Positions 27,874-37,194 of a stretch of DNA of 64,000 nt are shown here, in pieces (within the stretch, counting starts at the first letter, position 1; each line of letters opens with the position of its first letter). A model generated the notes under the pieces. That model was not told where the DNA came from. It made no database searches and saw only the letters and a program-made list of their open reading frames with translations. The translations under genes were made by a program, and so were the position numbers. The stretch covers positions 28,471 to 92,470 of the forward strand of contig JBPOGH010000018.1 of NCBI GenBank assembly GCA_051252135.1, written 5' to 3'. The DNA is from Verrucomicrobiaceae bacterium. Its GTDB lineage: Bacteria; Verrucomicrobiota; Verrucomicrobiia; Verrucomicrobiales; Akkermansiaceae.

Positions 27874-29802
27874 ATGCGCGTTCGAATTCTTCTTCTCATG
27901 CTGGCCCTGATGGGCGTGGCATCCGCGCAGGATCCGAGATTCTACATTCAGGTCAACGATCCGAATAACGCGCAGCTTCTGGCGACGGTGACGGGGGCGG
28001 GAGTGGGGGTGAATGTGGTGCGGAATTTGGACTATCCGGTGGTGGGGCTGAATGCGGTGGCGGTGACTCTGGACCCGGCTGATTCGGGGCAGCTGCGCAA
28101 TGCGATGGATGCGCAGTATGGGCCGGGCAATCATTTGTTTACGTTGGATCCGGTTTCGCTTCCGGATGAGGGATCGGGGGATGATCCGTCGGATCCGATT
28201 TTGGTGATGGCGCCATCGTCCAACCCGGCGCTCGACAATCTGGTGCCATCGCGGCCGGTGACATCGCCGCCGAGCGGGCCGCTGGAAGGGAGTTTGATCA
28301 TCGACATTGTGGGGACGGGAGTGGATCAGGCGCATCCGGGGTTTTCCGGTCTGACGTTTGAGACTCCGATATCGGTGATGCCTGATCTTGGCGGGGGGAT
28401 GCTTCCGGGGGATGTGGATTTTTACAATCATGAGAGTCGGCTGGCGGGATGTATTGCGGGGAGCAGCTCGGGGATTTTGACGGCATTGGGAACGCGGTCG
28501 GGGGCGACGTATCGTTCGGTGTTGTGTTATGAGAAGCCCGAGGGAGGGCCGGGATTGGCAACGGCTTTTACGAGTGATTGTGTGGCGGCGATTGCGGAGG
28601 TGGTCTTTGAGCATGATCTGAGGACGCAGGGTCCCTATTTGAAAAACCATGCGGCGGTGATGTGTTATGCGCACTCGGTGGTGCCGCCATCGCCGGGAGA
28701 CGGCATCCGGGTGGGGCATTTGGAAGCGACGCTGGATCAGGCCTGGGAGCGTGGGATTTTCACGTCGATCTCGGCGGGGAATCGTCCGGTGGCGGCGGCG
28801 GCGTCATCGCCTGCGGGTGCGGGTGAGTGGATTGTGTATGATTCCGGTGGCGGGGTGGTGAGCACGCGGTATTGGCCTCCTCCGGGACCTCCTTCGTATC
28901 TGCTTCCGGCAACGGTAGGGTTTGAGACGACATTTACGGGGTCGGATTATCATGTGAAATCCGGGGCGCATGACATCGCGGTTTCGCCTGCGCCGTGGTA
29001 TGTATCGGCATCGTTGGGGTCGGCGCTGAATCTGCCGAATGAATCGGGATATGGTCCGACGACGAACAACGGGGTGGATGTTTTTTCACCGGGCGCGGCG
29101 GTGCCGGTGCCGGCGACCCGATTGATTACCCCTCCGGTGGGCGGGACGACGATCACGGTGGATGGAACGACTTACACGGTGGAGCGCGGGTATCAATTGG
29201 GGAACGGGACGAGCTATGGGGCGGCGTATACGGCGGGGTTGGCGGCGAGGATTTATCAAATGAGGCCGTGGGCGAGTCCTTCGCAGGTGCGTTCGGCGAT
29301 CATCGATGCTCTTCCTGCGAGCGGGCTGGAAGCGCTCACGGTGCCGAGTCTGGGGTCGCTTCCGGCGATGTCGCTGACCTACGAGGAGTGGATTGCGCGG
29401 TATGAGAACATCGCCGACTTTGGGTTTTTCGAGAGCGACATGGATGCGAAGCTGGCGGACCCGGATGGGGACGGGGTTCCCAATTTGACCGAGTATCACT
29501 GCGGGATGGATCCGCGCCATGAGGATGCGCAGCATGCTCCGGTGATGGCGCTGGATGAGGACGCGTTGACGATCACGGTGGCGATGCAGCTTGCGGTTTA
29601 TCTTCCTGCGCCGGACGAGGTGGATTGGCGGATCGAATCGAGCGACGATCTCGAAGTCTGGGCGAGCGAGGGAAAGGGAGTGGTGACCACCTTTTCCGAA
29701 ACTGCGCTGAATGGGGATGGCACGAACATCAGCGCGGTTTTTAGCTTCACCACCGGAGCTCCGAAGAAATTCTATCGGGTGGCTATTTTTGATATTCTCT
29801 GA
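27874..29802 (+). CDS. Secreted S8 subtilase-family protein
   Basis: Signal peptide; GTGVD, HES.LAG.IAG, SAGN, VDVFSPG, GTSYGAA; C-terminal DPDGDG..NL.EY..G.DP. Confidence 0.8.
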   Translation: MRVRILLLMLALMGVASAQDPRFYIQVNDPNNAQLLATVTGAGVGVNVVRNLDYPVVGLNAVAVTLDPADSGQLRNAMDAQYGPGNHLFTLDPVSLPDEGSGDDPSDPILVMAPSSNPALDNLVPSRPVTSPPSGPLEGSLIIDIVGTGVDQAHPGFSGLTFETPISVMPDLGGGMLPGDVDFYNHESRLAGCIAGSSSGILTALGTRSGATYRSVLCYEKPEGGPGLATAFTSDCVAAIAEVVFEHDLRTQGPYLKNHAAVMCYAHSVVPPSPGDGIRVGHLEATLDQAWERGIFTSISAGNRPVAAAASSPAGAGEWIVYDSGGGVVSTRYWPPPGPPSYLLPATVGFETTFTGSDYHVKSGAHDIAVSPAPWYVSASLGSALNLPNESGYGPTTNNGVDVFSPGAAVPVPATRLITPPVGGTTITVDGTTYTVERGYQLGNGTSYGAAYTAGLAARIYQMRPWASPSQVRSAIIDALPASGLEALTVPSLGSLPAMSLTYEEWIARYENIADFGFFESDMDAKLADPDGDGVPNLTEYHCGMDPRHEDAQHAPVMALDEDALTITVAMQLAVYLPAPDEVDWRIESSDDLEVWASEGKGVVTTFSETALNGDGTNISAVFSFTTGAPKKFYRVAIFDIL

Positions 29803-32045
29803 TGCGACTGATCATTTTGCACCTTTTGATCTGCCTGCCGCTTGCGGCCGGTCCGCGTGAAGAGGCGCTGGCATTGATTGGGGAGGCGGTTGAATGGGTG
29901 GAGGCTCACCCTGCGGTGGCTGCCGGGTTTGCAAGGCAGGCTTTTGAGGTGCTGGAGAAGGCGGATGATCCGGCGGCGGCCGAGCTATCGGCTTGCGCGG
30001 CGCATGCGGCCCGGGCGTGGCGGTTGGCGGGTGAGATGGAAAAGGCGAAGGCGTGGTTTGGAAAGGCGATCCCGCTGGCCGATCCGGAAAGCGGGTCGCT
30101 TCTGCGGGCCGAGCTGGCGGATCTTCTGATGCGTGAAGGGGAGCCGGCGGAAGCGCGACGGGTGTTGGGTCAGGAGCCCGCGCATCCTTCTTCGTTTTGG
30201 CATCAGACGTTAGCGAAGCTTCATTTGACCTGCGGGCAGGCGGCGGAAGCGAAGAGGGAGATCGGATTGGCGCTGGCGGATCTTCCGAAGGATTCTTTGG
30301 CGAACCGGGCGGCGTTGTTGATTGATGCGGCGGGGATTGAGTTGCGGTTGGGGAAGTCGCCGGCGGAATTGATTGGGGAGGCGGAGGCGATTTTGGTGGG
30401 GCTGGATGATCCTCATCCGGAGATGATTTCCGCGCTGGCATCGGTGGCGGCGCAGGACCCGGAGCGGTCGCCCGAAGAGGCGCTGACCATTCTTCAGAGT
30501 GCGGCGGATCATTTGAAAGACGACCCTGTCTGGCGGCAGTCTCCGGCGCGATTGTCCTTTGCGGTTTCGCTGGCGGATGCGGCGGCGCGGTGTGGGCGGT
30601 CTGATCTTGTGCGGTCGACCCTGTTGCCTCTGATTGAAAGAGACGAACTTCCTGATGATCATCCCTTATTGGCACGGGCGCTTTTTCTGGCAGCGGAAGC
30701 CGAGGGGGAAGTGGTGTTTGCGAAGCGGAGTTCCGAGGTGGCGATGCGTTGGCTGGCGGGATCGGAGACGGAGTCATCGGAAGTTCTTTTGGGAATTCAG
30801 CGGACGGTGGATCCGGTGTCTCCCTTGTTGATTGGGCCGGTGGATGTGGACGCACTTCTGGGGACTGCGCTTGCTTCGCAGAACCATGCGCTGCGCAAGC
30901 GGCTGGGCGGAACGGTGGCGGCTCCGGGTGGGCAGGCGGTGTTGTTTTTGATCTACTATCGGGGAGGGGAGGCGCATTACGGGGCGTTGGTGTTGCGGGG
31001 GGAGGCGGTGTGGGTGGATCTTGGTCCGGCGGGGAAAATTCATGATCGGCTTACGGCCACGATCGAGACGGCCGAGCGGACCTTGGGGGAGGCGACCGGC
31101 TCCACCCTTTCGCTGACGGGGCGATTGACGCAGCTTTGGAAATCGGTGTGGGAGCCCTTGCTGCCTCATCTGGATTTGGGGCAACCGCTTTCGATTGCGC
31201 CCACGGGGCTTCTTCATTTTGTTCCGTGGGCGACCTTGCGTGATCGTGATGGGAGGTACCTTTGCCAGACTGCGGAGGAGGTTCGGATTTTGGCGCTTAC
31301 GGGGAAGTTTCCGGAAAGGACACAAGGTGGCGGGGCGCTCTTTGTTGGGGTGGATGAGGCGCCGGGGGCGCAGTCGGGTGGGGTGTTGTTTCCTTTCGAT
31401 GAGGAGTTGGCCGGGCTGGTGGGTGATTTGGCGCCCCTTCCCGGGGTGAAGGATGAATTGGGGGGGCTGACCGGGGAGGCGGTGATGAATCCCGATGAGG
31501 AAAGGCTGCGGAATCTTTTGTTAGAGAATCCGCCGGAGGTTCTGCATCTGGCGGGTCATGGATTTGTGGCGGAGGGTGAGTCGGCGCAGGGTTTTCGCGC
31601 GGGATTTCTTTTGGGTGGGGCGAAGGACAGCTTGCCCCGGTCTTTTGCCGGGGAGTTGGTGCCGGAGGGGGAGGATAATTTGCTTTTTGCCCGCGAGATT
31701 GCGGCACTGGAATTGTCCCGGACGGGGCTGGTGGTGTTATCGGCTTGTCGGGGTGGGATTGGGCGCAGTGAGGTGGGTGGGAATTGGTCGAGTCTGCGTC
31801 GGGCATTTATTGCGGCGGGAGCCGGTCAGGTGTTGGCGAGCCAATGGCGGGTGCGTGATGACGAGCTGCCTCCATTCATGAAGGCGCTTTATGGCGGGAT
31901 GCGATCGGGGGAGCCGGCCCACCGTGTGCTTTGGAAGCTCCAGCGGGACTGGATTGAGGAAAAGATTCCGGCTGCGAAAGATAAGCCGGAGTCCTTACGG
32001 GCGGCGTCGGCGGGAGCGTGGGTCCTTGAAGGGACGGGGTTTTAG
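29802..32045 (+). CDS. Secreted TPR-like + CHAT (caspase-like) protease
   Basis: Signal peptide; helical repeats; IAPTGLLHFVPWATL, LHLAGHG (His), LVVLSAC (Cys), ASQWRVRD. Confidence 0.9.
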   Translation: MRLIILHLLICLPLAAGPREEALALIGEAVEWVEAHPAVAAGFARQAFEVLEKADDPAAAELSACAAHAARAWRLAGEMEKAKAWFGKAIPLADPESGSLLRAELADLLMREGEPAEARRVLGQEPAHPSSFWHQTLAKLHLTCGQAAEAKREIGLALADLPKDSLANRAALLIDAAGIELRLGKSPAELIGEAEAILVGLDDPHPEMISALASVAAQDPERSPEEALTILQSAADHLKDDPVWRQSPARLSFAVSLADAAARCGRSDLVRSTLLPLIERDELPDDHPLLARALFLAAEAEGEVVFAKRSSEVAMRWLAGSETESSEVLLGIQRTVDPVSPLLIGPVDVDALLGTALASQNHALRKRLGGTVAAPGGQAVLFLIYYRGGEAHYGALVLRGEAVWVDLGPAGKIHDRLTATIETAERTLGEATGSTLSLTGRLTQLWKSVWEPLLPHLDLGQPLSIAPTGLLHFVPWATLRDRDGRYLCQTAEEVRILALTGKFPERTQGGGALFVGVDEAPGAQSGGVLFPFDEELAGLVGDLAPLPGVKDELGGLTGEAVMNPDEERLRNLLLENPPEVLHLAGHGFVAEGESAQGFRAGFLLGGAKDSLPRSFAGELVPEGEDNLLFAREIAALELSRTGLVVLSACRGGIGRSEVGGNWSSLRRAFIAAGAGQVLASQWRVRDDELPPFMKALYGGMRSGEPAHRVLWKLQRDWIEEKIPAAKDKPESLRAASAGAWVLEGTGF

Positions 32046-32064
32046 AGGGTTGACGCTTATTTTG

Positions 32065-32100
32065 TCACCGGGTCTGAATTCAGGTCCGGTGATTTTTTTT
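32065..32100 (+). terminator. Intrinsic terminator after the CHAT gene
   Basis: TCACCGG...CCGGTGA hairpin followed by T8. Confidence 0.75.
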
Positions 32101-32109
32101 GGAGAAAGA

Positions 32110-32135
32110 TGACATTGGAAATAGAGGGCCGCGAT
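32110..32135 (+). promoter_or_regulatory. Putative ECF promoter TGACATT-N14-GCGAT (PEP-CTERM gene)
   Basis: Exact motif just after the terminator, 61 nt before ATG 32197. Confidence 0.7.
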
Positions 32136-32196
32136 TGAGGAGGTGAAGGGGGAAATAAAACCTCCATAAAACCAAAAACTCAAACTACCCGAATCC

Positions 32197-33069
32197 ATGA
32201 AAATCTATCGCCGTATCCCAGCCAAGACCGCTCCCAACGCAGCCGATTATGTTCCTACCCACGAACATCACACCGGCTTCGCCAAGAACAACGCTCCCCG
32301 CAAGATCAGCAAGCTTCGCCTTTATCCATCCCGGCCGGCCAAATTTGTCGCCGCATCTGCAGCGCTCATGATGGTGGGCTCGGCGGTGGCCACCACGCTT
32401 TCGGTTGACTTCCTGGGAGTGACCCAGACGAACACGCTGAGCCCCACCGATATTGCGGGGGTGGTTCCTGCCGACACCTGGAATGCGGCAACGGGAGACA
32501 ACAACGTGGGAGGAATTTCTGTGGATGCGCCGACGCTACCGAGCGCAGCGCTGGTCGCCTGGACTTCTTCAGGGAGTGCCAACACCGTTCCGAACTCACT
32601 GGCCACGGCGGATCATGAGATGATGGAGGGCTTTATTTATGGCAGCATTGGTTCCGGAGGGACCGTGCCGGCCAGTGTGCGCGTCAATAGCATCAACCTG
32701 GTGGGACTGGGATGGAGTTCGTATGATCTCTATGTTTATTCGGACACGTCGAAGAACGGACCGACGGTGCAAATTGATCTCTTTGCCCCGGGTGCCACGA
32801 CCTATACCCACACCGAATTGGTCTCCGGCACTTATGCGCCTCCGACATTTTCCTACGTCGACAGCCAGACTTCACCTGCGGGGAACTACGTTCTCTACAC
32901 GGGTCTCACGGCGACCGACTTCAACATCCAGGCGACTCCGCTTTCCGGAATCGATCTTGCGGGAATCAACGGTTTCCAGCTGGTGGGCACCAGTGTTCCC
33001 GAGCCATCCACGGGTGTTCTGGCCCTGTTGAGCGCCACGCTGCTGGTGATGCGCCGTCGCCGGTCCTAG
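32197..33069 (+). CDS. PEP-CTERM protein with extended N-terminal leader
   Basis: VPEPSTGVLALLSATLLVMRRRRS. Confidence 0.88.
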   Translation: MKIYRRIPAKTAPNAADYVPTHEHHTGFAKNNAPRKISKLRLYPSRPAKFVAASAALMMVGSAVATTLSVDFLGVTQTNTLSPTDIAGVVPADTWNAATGDNNVGGISVDAPTLPSAALVAWTSSGSANTVPNSLATADHEMMEGFIYGSIGSGGTVPASVRVNSINLVGLGWSSYDLYVYSDTSKNGPTVQIDLFAPGATTYTHTELVSGTYAPPTFSYVDSQTSPAGNYVLYTGLTATDFNIQATPLSGIDLAGINGFQLVGTSVPEPSTGVLALLSATLLVMRRRRS

Positions 33070-33106
33070 GAACCACTTTGTTGGGGAACAACCAACGAAC
33101 ACCCGG

Positions 33107-33150
33107 TCCACCATTCTGCAGATTTTTGCAGGGTGGTGGATTGGTTTTTT
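33107..33150. terminator. Terminator between convergent PEP-CTERM genes
   Basis: TCCACCATTCTGCA...TGCAGGGTGGTGGA hairpin plus T-tract. Confidence 0.65.
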
Positions 33151-33170
33151 GAATAGCTTGTTCGTCCGGT

Positions 33171-33662
33171 CTAGCGTTTGCGGCGGAGGATGGGGAATGC
33201 GCAGGAGAGAAGGGCGAGGGCGGCGGAGCTTGGCTCGGGAATGGATTCGAGAGTGAGGGTGGTGAAGGTATCATCCCATGTCCCCAGATCAAAGGTGAGG
33301 GTGTTGGCATCGGTGAGGACGAATGCGCCTGGTGTTGTGGTGCCGGTGATTGATTGAATGCCCGTCCAGTTATCGCCTTGTGAGTTGAGGCCGACGATGG
33401 TGATGTTGGCTCCGGGGAGGTAGTCGACAAATCCGGCGTTGTTGAAGCTGATGGTGTTGGTTCCGAAGTTCAGGATGGTGTTGGGGCTGCCGTTGACGGA
33501 GACGGCATCGCCCCCGGTGTTTTCAATATATCCGATGGTTCCTCCCCCTGCGGCGGTTCCGTTGATGTTGATTCCGGTGATGTCAGTGACGACCAGAGCT
33601 GCCTGTGAAGAGGTGATGGTGGCCAAGATGGCGACGAATTTTAAAGATTTTACCGGTTTCAT
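33171..33662 (-). CDS. PEP-CTERM protein
   Basis: Signal peptide; IPEPSSAALALLSCAFPILRRKR. Confidence 0.88.
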   Translation of the reverse strand: MKPVKSLKFVAILATITSSQAALVVTDITGININGTAAGGGTIGYIENTGGDAVSVNGSPNTILNFGTNTISFNNAGFVDYLPGANITIVGLNSQGDNWTGIQSITGTTTPGAFVLTDANTLTFDLGTWDDTFTTLTLESIPEPSSAALALLSCAFPILRRKR

Positions 33663-33903
33663 GGGACTTAAGGTAAAGGGACAGTGGAACATGAAAGCAA
33701 GCTGAATCCGGGGATGCGGCAATAAGTTGATCGGTCAGGTGGGGTGAGAGCGCATCTGTCTCCGGGCAGGAAAATGGGGCGATGGAGGTGGGGGAGAAAC
33801 AATTTTGAATTATTTGTGCAACTCTTGGTGGGTTTGGGAGTTAACCCCTGTTGGAGACTGATGGGTTGATTTCTTTGTCAGTCGGCTTCTACCGTTTATA
33901 AAA

Positions 33904-35289
33904 ATGAAAAATTCCACGCTATTTCCGATTCTTGCCGTTACGGCATCAGCAGCTTTTGGGCTCGGTTGGGCCGTTCGCCCTGATGATGGTTCCGATTCCG
34001 AGGGGGATGCTTCCGGGAAGCAGTTGGTGGTGAATTCGGGGGCGGCGCGGTCGAGTGGGTCCTCACGGGGAGGGAGTGTGGATCAAGGAGGGCCGGAGAG
34101 GGATTTTGTGGCGCGGTATGTGGTGGATGGGAAGATTTCGGCAGCCGATATGAAGGAGGCGATCAAGGAGATGGCGCAGACGAATGATCCGTTGTTGCGG
34201 CAGAAGATGTTTGCGTTGTTGCTGGAGAATTTGACGGCGGAGAATGCGAAGGATGCGTTTTTGGCGCTGCGGGAGAATAGTCGCGGTGGTCCGTTTGGGC
34301 GTGGCGGCGATGATGAGATGCGTCTTTTGGCGAATGCCTGGGGCCGGATTGATGGCGCGGGTGCGTTGGCTTCCCTGAAGGAAATGGCGGAGGCCGAGGA
34401 AGGGGAAGACCGTGGGCGAGGTGGCCGGGGAGGCCCGGGCGGACTTGGCCGTGAGATGGTGGGAGCGCTCTCAGGATGGGCGACGGTGGATGGTGCGGGT
34501 GCGATCAGTTATTTGGATACGATCGAGGATGAGCGGATGAAGGGGTTTGCGGGCTTTGGGGTGATCCAGGGTTTGTTGGTGAACGGGGTGGATGACGCGA
34601 TGGCGTTTGTGGAGGGATTACCGAAGGGTGAGAATGGAGGGCGTGCCCAGGAGATGTATATGGGGATGATTGCGGGGGAGATGCTGGAGCAGGGGAATGA
34701 TGCGGCGAAGAGCTGGGTGGATTCGGTGAGTGATCCGACGTTGAAGTCGGGGGCGTTGGCGCGGCTTACGGAGTCGATGATGCGTGATGATCGTGAGGCG
34801 ACGGCGGAGTGGCTGGTCAAGTATGGGAATGATGAGTCCGCGGCCCGGGCGGTGGAGCGACTGGCGGATTCCTGGGCCCGTGAGGATCCGAAGGCGGTGC
34901 TGACGTGGGCGGATGAGTTTTCAGGTGCGGCGAAGGCGGAGGCTTATGGTCAGGCGCTGGGTTCATGGGCCCGTGAGGATCCGGAGGGTGCGGGTGAGTA
35001 TTTGAGCAATCTGTCGGCGTCTCCCGAGCGGGATTCGGCAACCGAGGCCTATGCGACGCGCGTTTCCCGGGAGGATCCGGTGACGGCGATGGAGTGGGCG
35101 CAGACGATTGGGAATGACAACCTCCGTCAGGAGACGGTGGTGGAAGTGGCGCAGGATTGGTATCGCAGCGACAAGGCGGCGGCGGAAGCCTGGGTGCAGA
35201 CGAGCGGTTTGTCCGAGGAGCAGGTGAAGTCGATCACGGAGCCGCGTCGCGGGTTTGATTTCGGTCGCGGAGGTCCCCGGGGGCGGTAA
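33904..35289 (+). CDS. Hypothetical helical-repeat protein
   Basis: N-terminal anchor; repeated WAREDP..A..W motifs. Confidence 0.75.
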   Translation: MKNSTLFPILAVTASAAFGLGWAVRPDDGSDSEGDASGKQLVVNSGAARSSGSSRGGSVDQGGPERDFVARYVVDGKISAADMKEAIKEMAQTNDPLLRQKMFALLLENLTAENAKDAFLALRENSRGGPFGRGGDDEMRLLANAWGRIDGAGALASLKEMAEAEEGEDRGRGGRGGPGGLGREMVGALSGWATVDGAGAISYLDTIEDERMKGFAGFGVIQGLLVNGVDDAMAFVEGLPKGENGGRAQEMYMGMIAGEMLEQGNDAAKSWVDSVSDPTLKSGALARLTESMMRDDREATAEWLVKYGNDESAARAVERLADSWAREDPKAVLTWADEFSGAAKAEAYGQALGSWAREDPEGAGEYLSNLSASPERDSATEAYATRVSREDPVTAMEWAQTIGNDNLRQETVVEVAQDWYRSDKAAAEAWVQTSGLSEEQVKSITEPRRGFDFGRGGPRGR

Positions 35290-35330
35290 TGGCGTTCCCG
35301 AGCGAGAGAAGCCCGGAGAGGGATACGAAC

Positions 35331-35361
35331 AAGGCCCGACATTTTAAAAATGCCGGGCCTT
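35331..35361. terminator. Hairpin between convergent genes
   Basis: AAGGCCCG.CATTTT AAAAATG.CGGGCCTT. Confidence 0.6.
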
Positions 35362-35382
35362 TGAATGTACGGTTGGGAGGGT

Positions 35383-36105
35383 TTACTTCCGGCGGCGAAG
35401 GATGATGCCGAGGAGTCCGCTGCCGAGAAGGATTACGGAAGAGGGCTCGGGAACGGCGGAGACTTGGTTGGGCGCGTTGGGGGTGTTTATGGCGTCCCCG
35501 GGAGCGGTGGTGGAGGTGAAGGTAGGGAGTCCGTCTCCGTTGAAGTCATTGCGCACCCAGTCCGAGGGGCTGTCGGTGTCGGTGCCATTTGGGATACGGG
35601 AGGCTCCGCCGGGCTGGAAGGAGTTGCCATCGAAATTGGGGGCGAGGTCGGGTGCGTAGACGAAGTCCGATGCACCACCATCTGAGGTGGCGATGGAGTC
35701 TACGATGGAGGTCCAGAGGGGGTTGTCGATGATGCCGTCGTTGTCGGCATCGATGTCATCACCGACGTTTCCGGTGAATCCGTCGACGAGAAGAAGGGTG
35801 ACGCTGCCATTTTCGATATCATTTGCTCCTCCGATATCGAATCCGGAGAACCAGTAACCGTTGGCATCAGTGGATCCGATGGTGACGATGAGGTCGTCGA
35901 TCAGTCCGGCGCCGGTTCCGTCTCCTTCGATCTCGATGAGGGTGAGATGGGAAAAGTCGGTGTTGGCATCGGAGCTGAAGAGTTCGACGAATTCATGGGT
36001 GTCGCCTCCGGTATGGTCGACGACGAACTCGTTGATGACGATGACGGCTTGAGCTTGGGATGAGAGGGCGATGAAGCCGGCGGTGAGGAGTGGTTTTGTG
36101 TTCAT
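35383..36105 (-). CDS. PEP-CTERM protein with lamin-tail-like domain
   Basis: IVINEF...EFVEL and TPNAPN; VPEPSSVILLGSGLLGIILRRRK. Confidence 0.88.
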   Translation of the reverse strand: MNTKPLLTAGFIALSSQAQAVIVINEFVVDHTGGDTHEFVELFSSDANTDFSHLTLIEIEGDGTGAGLIDDLIVTIGSTDANGYWFSGFDIGGANDIENGSVTLLLVDGFTGNVGDDIDADNDGIIDNPLWTSIVDSIATSDGGASDFVYAPDLAPNFDGNSFQPGGASRIPNGTDTDSPSDWVRNDFNGDGLPTFTSTTAPGDAINTPNAPNQVSAVPEPSSVILLGSGLLGIILRRRK

Positions 36106-36189
36106 GGTGGTGGGAGGGAAAGAGGCCCTAAAGATCAAGGTGTTGGCCTAAAGAAGAGGGGAGGTCAAGGAGGGAGGGGGAAAGATAGG

Positions 36190-37194
36190 TTATCCGACGG
36201 TTTGGATTTTGACGAGGGAGCGGAGGGGCGGGGAGCCATCGTGGGCCCAGGCGAGAGGAGGGGATTGGGCCTGACCGAGGGGGTGGATGCGGTGGGAGGG
36301 GAGGTCGGTGCGGGGGGTGAAGGGGTGGAGTGAGATTTGGGAGAGGGTGCGGGTGTCTTGGGGGGAGAGGTTTGGAAGTTGGGAGAGGGGTTTGAGGAAG
36401 ACGGTGTGTCCGAGGGGTGAGGGGTCGAGGGCGGGGGTATTTTGGTAGATGATGGTCCAGGCGGTGTCGGCGGGGCTGTGCCAGAGGTGGTGGTTTTTAG
36501 GGTCCTGGGCGTGGAGGTAGCGGGTTTCGAGGCGGAGGTTGGTGATGGCGCCGTGTTGGGAAGGGGAGAGTGGAGCGGGTGGGGTGGTTTTTTGGTGTTC
36601 TTCGATGGCTTGGGCGAGGAGGGGGGCGAAGTGGTGAGGGTCGGAGGTGTAGATGGTCTGGAGGGAGAGGCAGCCGGTTTGGGAGAATTGGCAGATGTCG
36701 CGGGCGGCGAGTTGGGCGGCTTCTTCCGTGGGGTCTTCGATGAGGGCGATGGCGAGGCGATGGCCGTGGGCGATGAAGGGGATGTCGAGGGGGGCTTGTT
36801 GGCGGAGTTGGTGGAGGGTGGCGTCGTTTCCGTAGGCGACGATGGCGTGTGCTTCGGGGAGCCAGTGGGAGGGGAGGGTGCGGGAGGTCTCGATGAGGGC
36901 GAGGAGTTCGGGGGGGAGTTGGGCGAGGGAGGCCTCGAAGTCCGGGAGGGCGTTGGAGGGGAGTTTGAGGCGATTTTTTGAGCCGAGGAGGAGTCCGTGG
37001 AGGAGGGTTTGGTAGGCGGCGTGGGGGGTGTTGCCGGAGGTGAGGTGGACGATGTTTTCCGGAATGAGGTAGCGGGCGTTGGGGAGGGGAGGGAGTTCGC
37101 GGTCGAGCCAGGCGTGGAGGTCGGCCTCAGTGAAGGTGCCGGTGTAGGGGGCGAAGAGGGGGGCGGCTTGGGCGATGAGGGGGAGGTGGTTCAT
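36190..37194 (-). CDS. Acyl-CoA reductase (LuxC-like)
   Basis: HLTSGNTP, IVAYGNDAT, DICQFSQTGCLS, GQAQSPPL...HDG. Confidence 0.75.
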   Translation of the reverse strand: MNHLPLIAQAAPLFAPYTGTFTEADLHAWLDRELPPLPNARYLIPENIVHLTSGNTPHAAYQTLLHGLLLGSKNRLKLPSNALPDFEASLAQLPPELLALIETSRTLPSHWLPEAHAIVAYGNDATLHQLRQQAPLDIPFIAHGHRLAIALIEDPTEEAAQLAARDICQFSQTGCLSLQTIYTSDPHHFAPLLAQAIEEHQKTTPPAPLSPSQHGAITNLRLETRYLHAQDPKNHHLWHSPADTAWTIIYQNTPALDPSPLGHTVFLKPLSQLPNLSPQDTRTLSQISLHPFTPRTDLPSHRIHPLGQAQSPPLAWAHDGSPPLRSLVKIQTVG

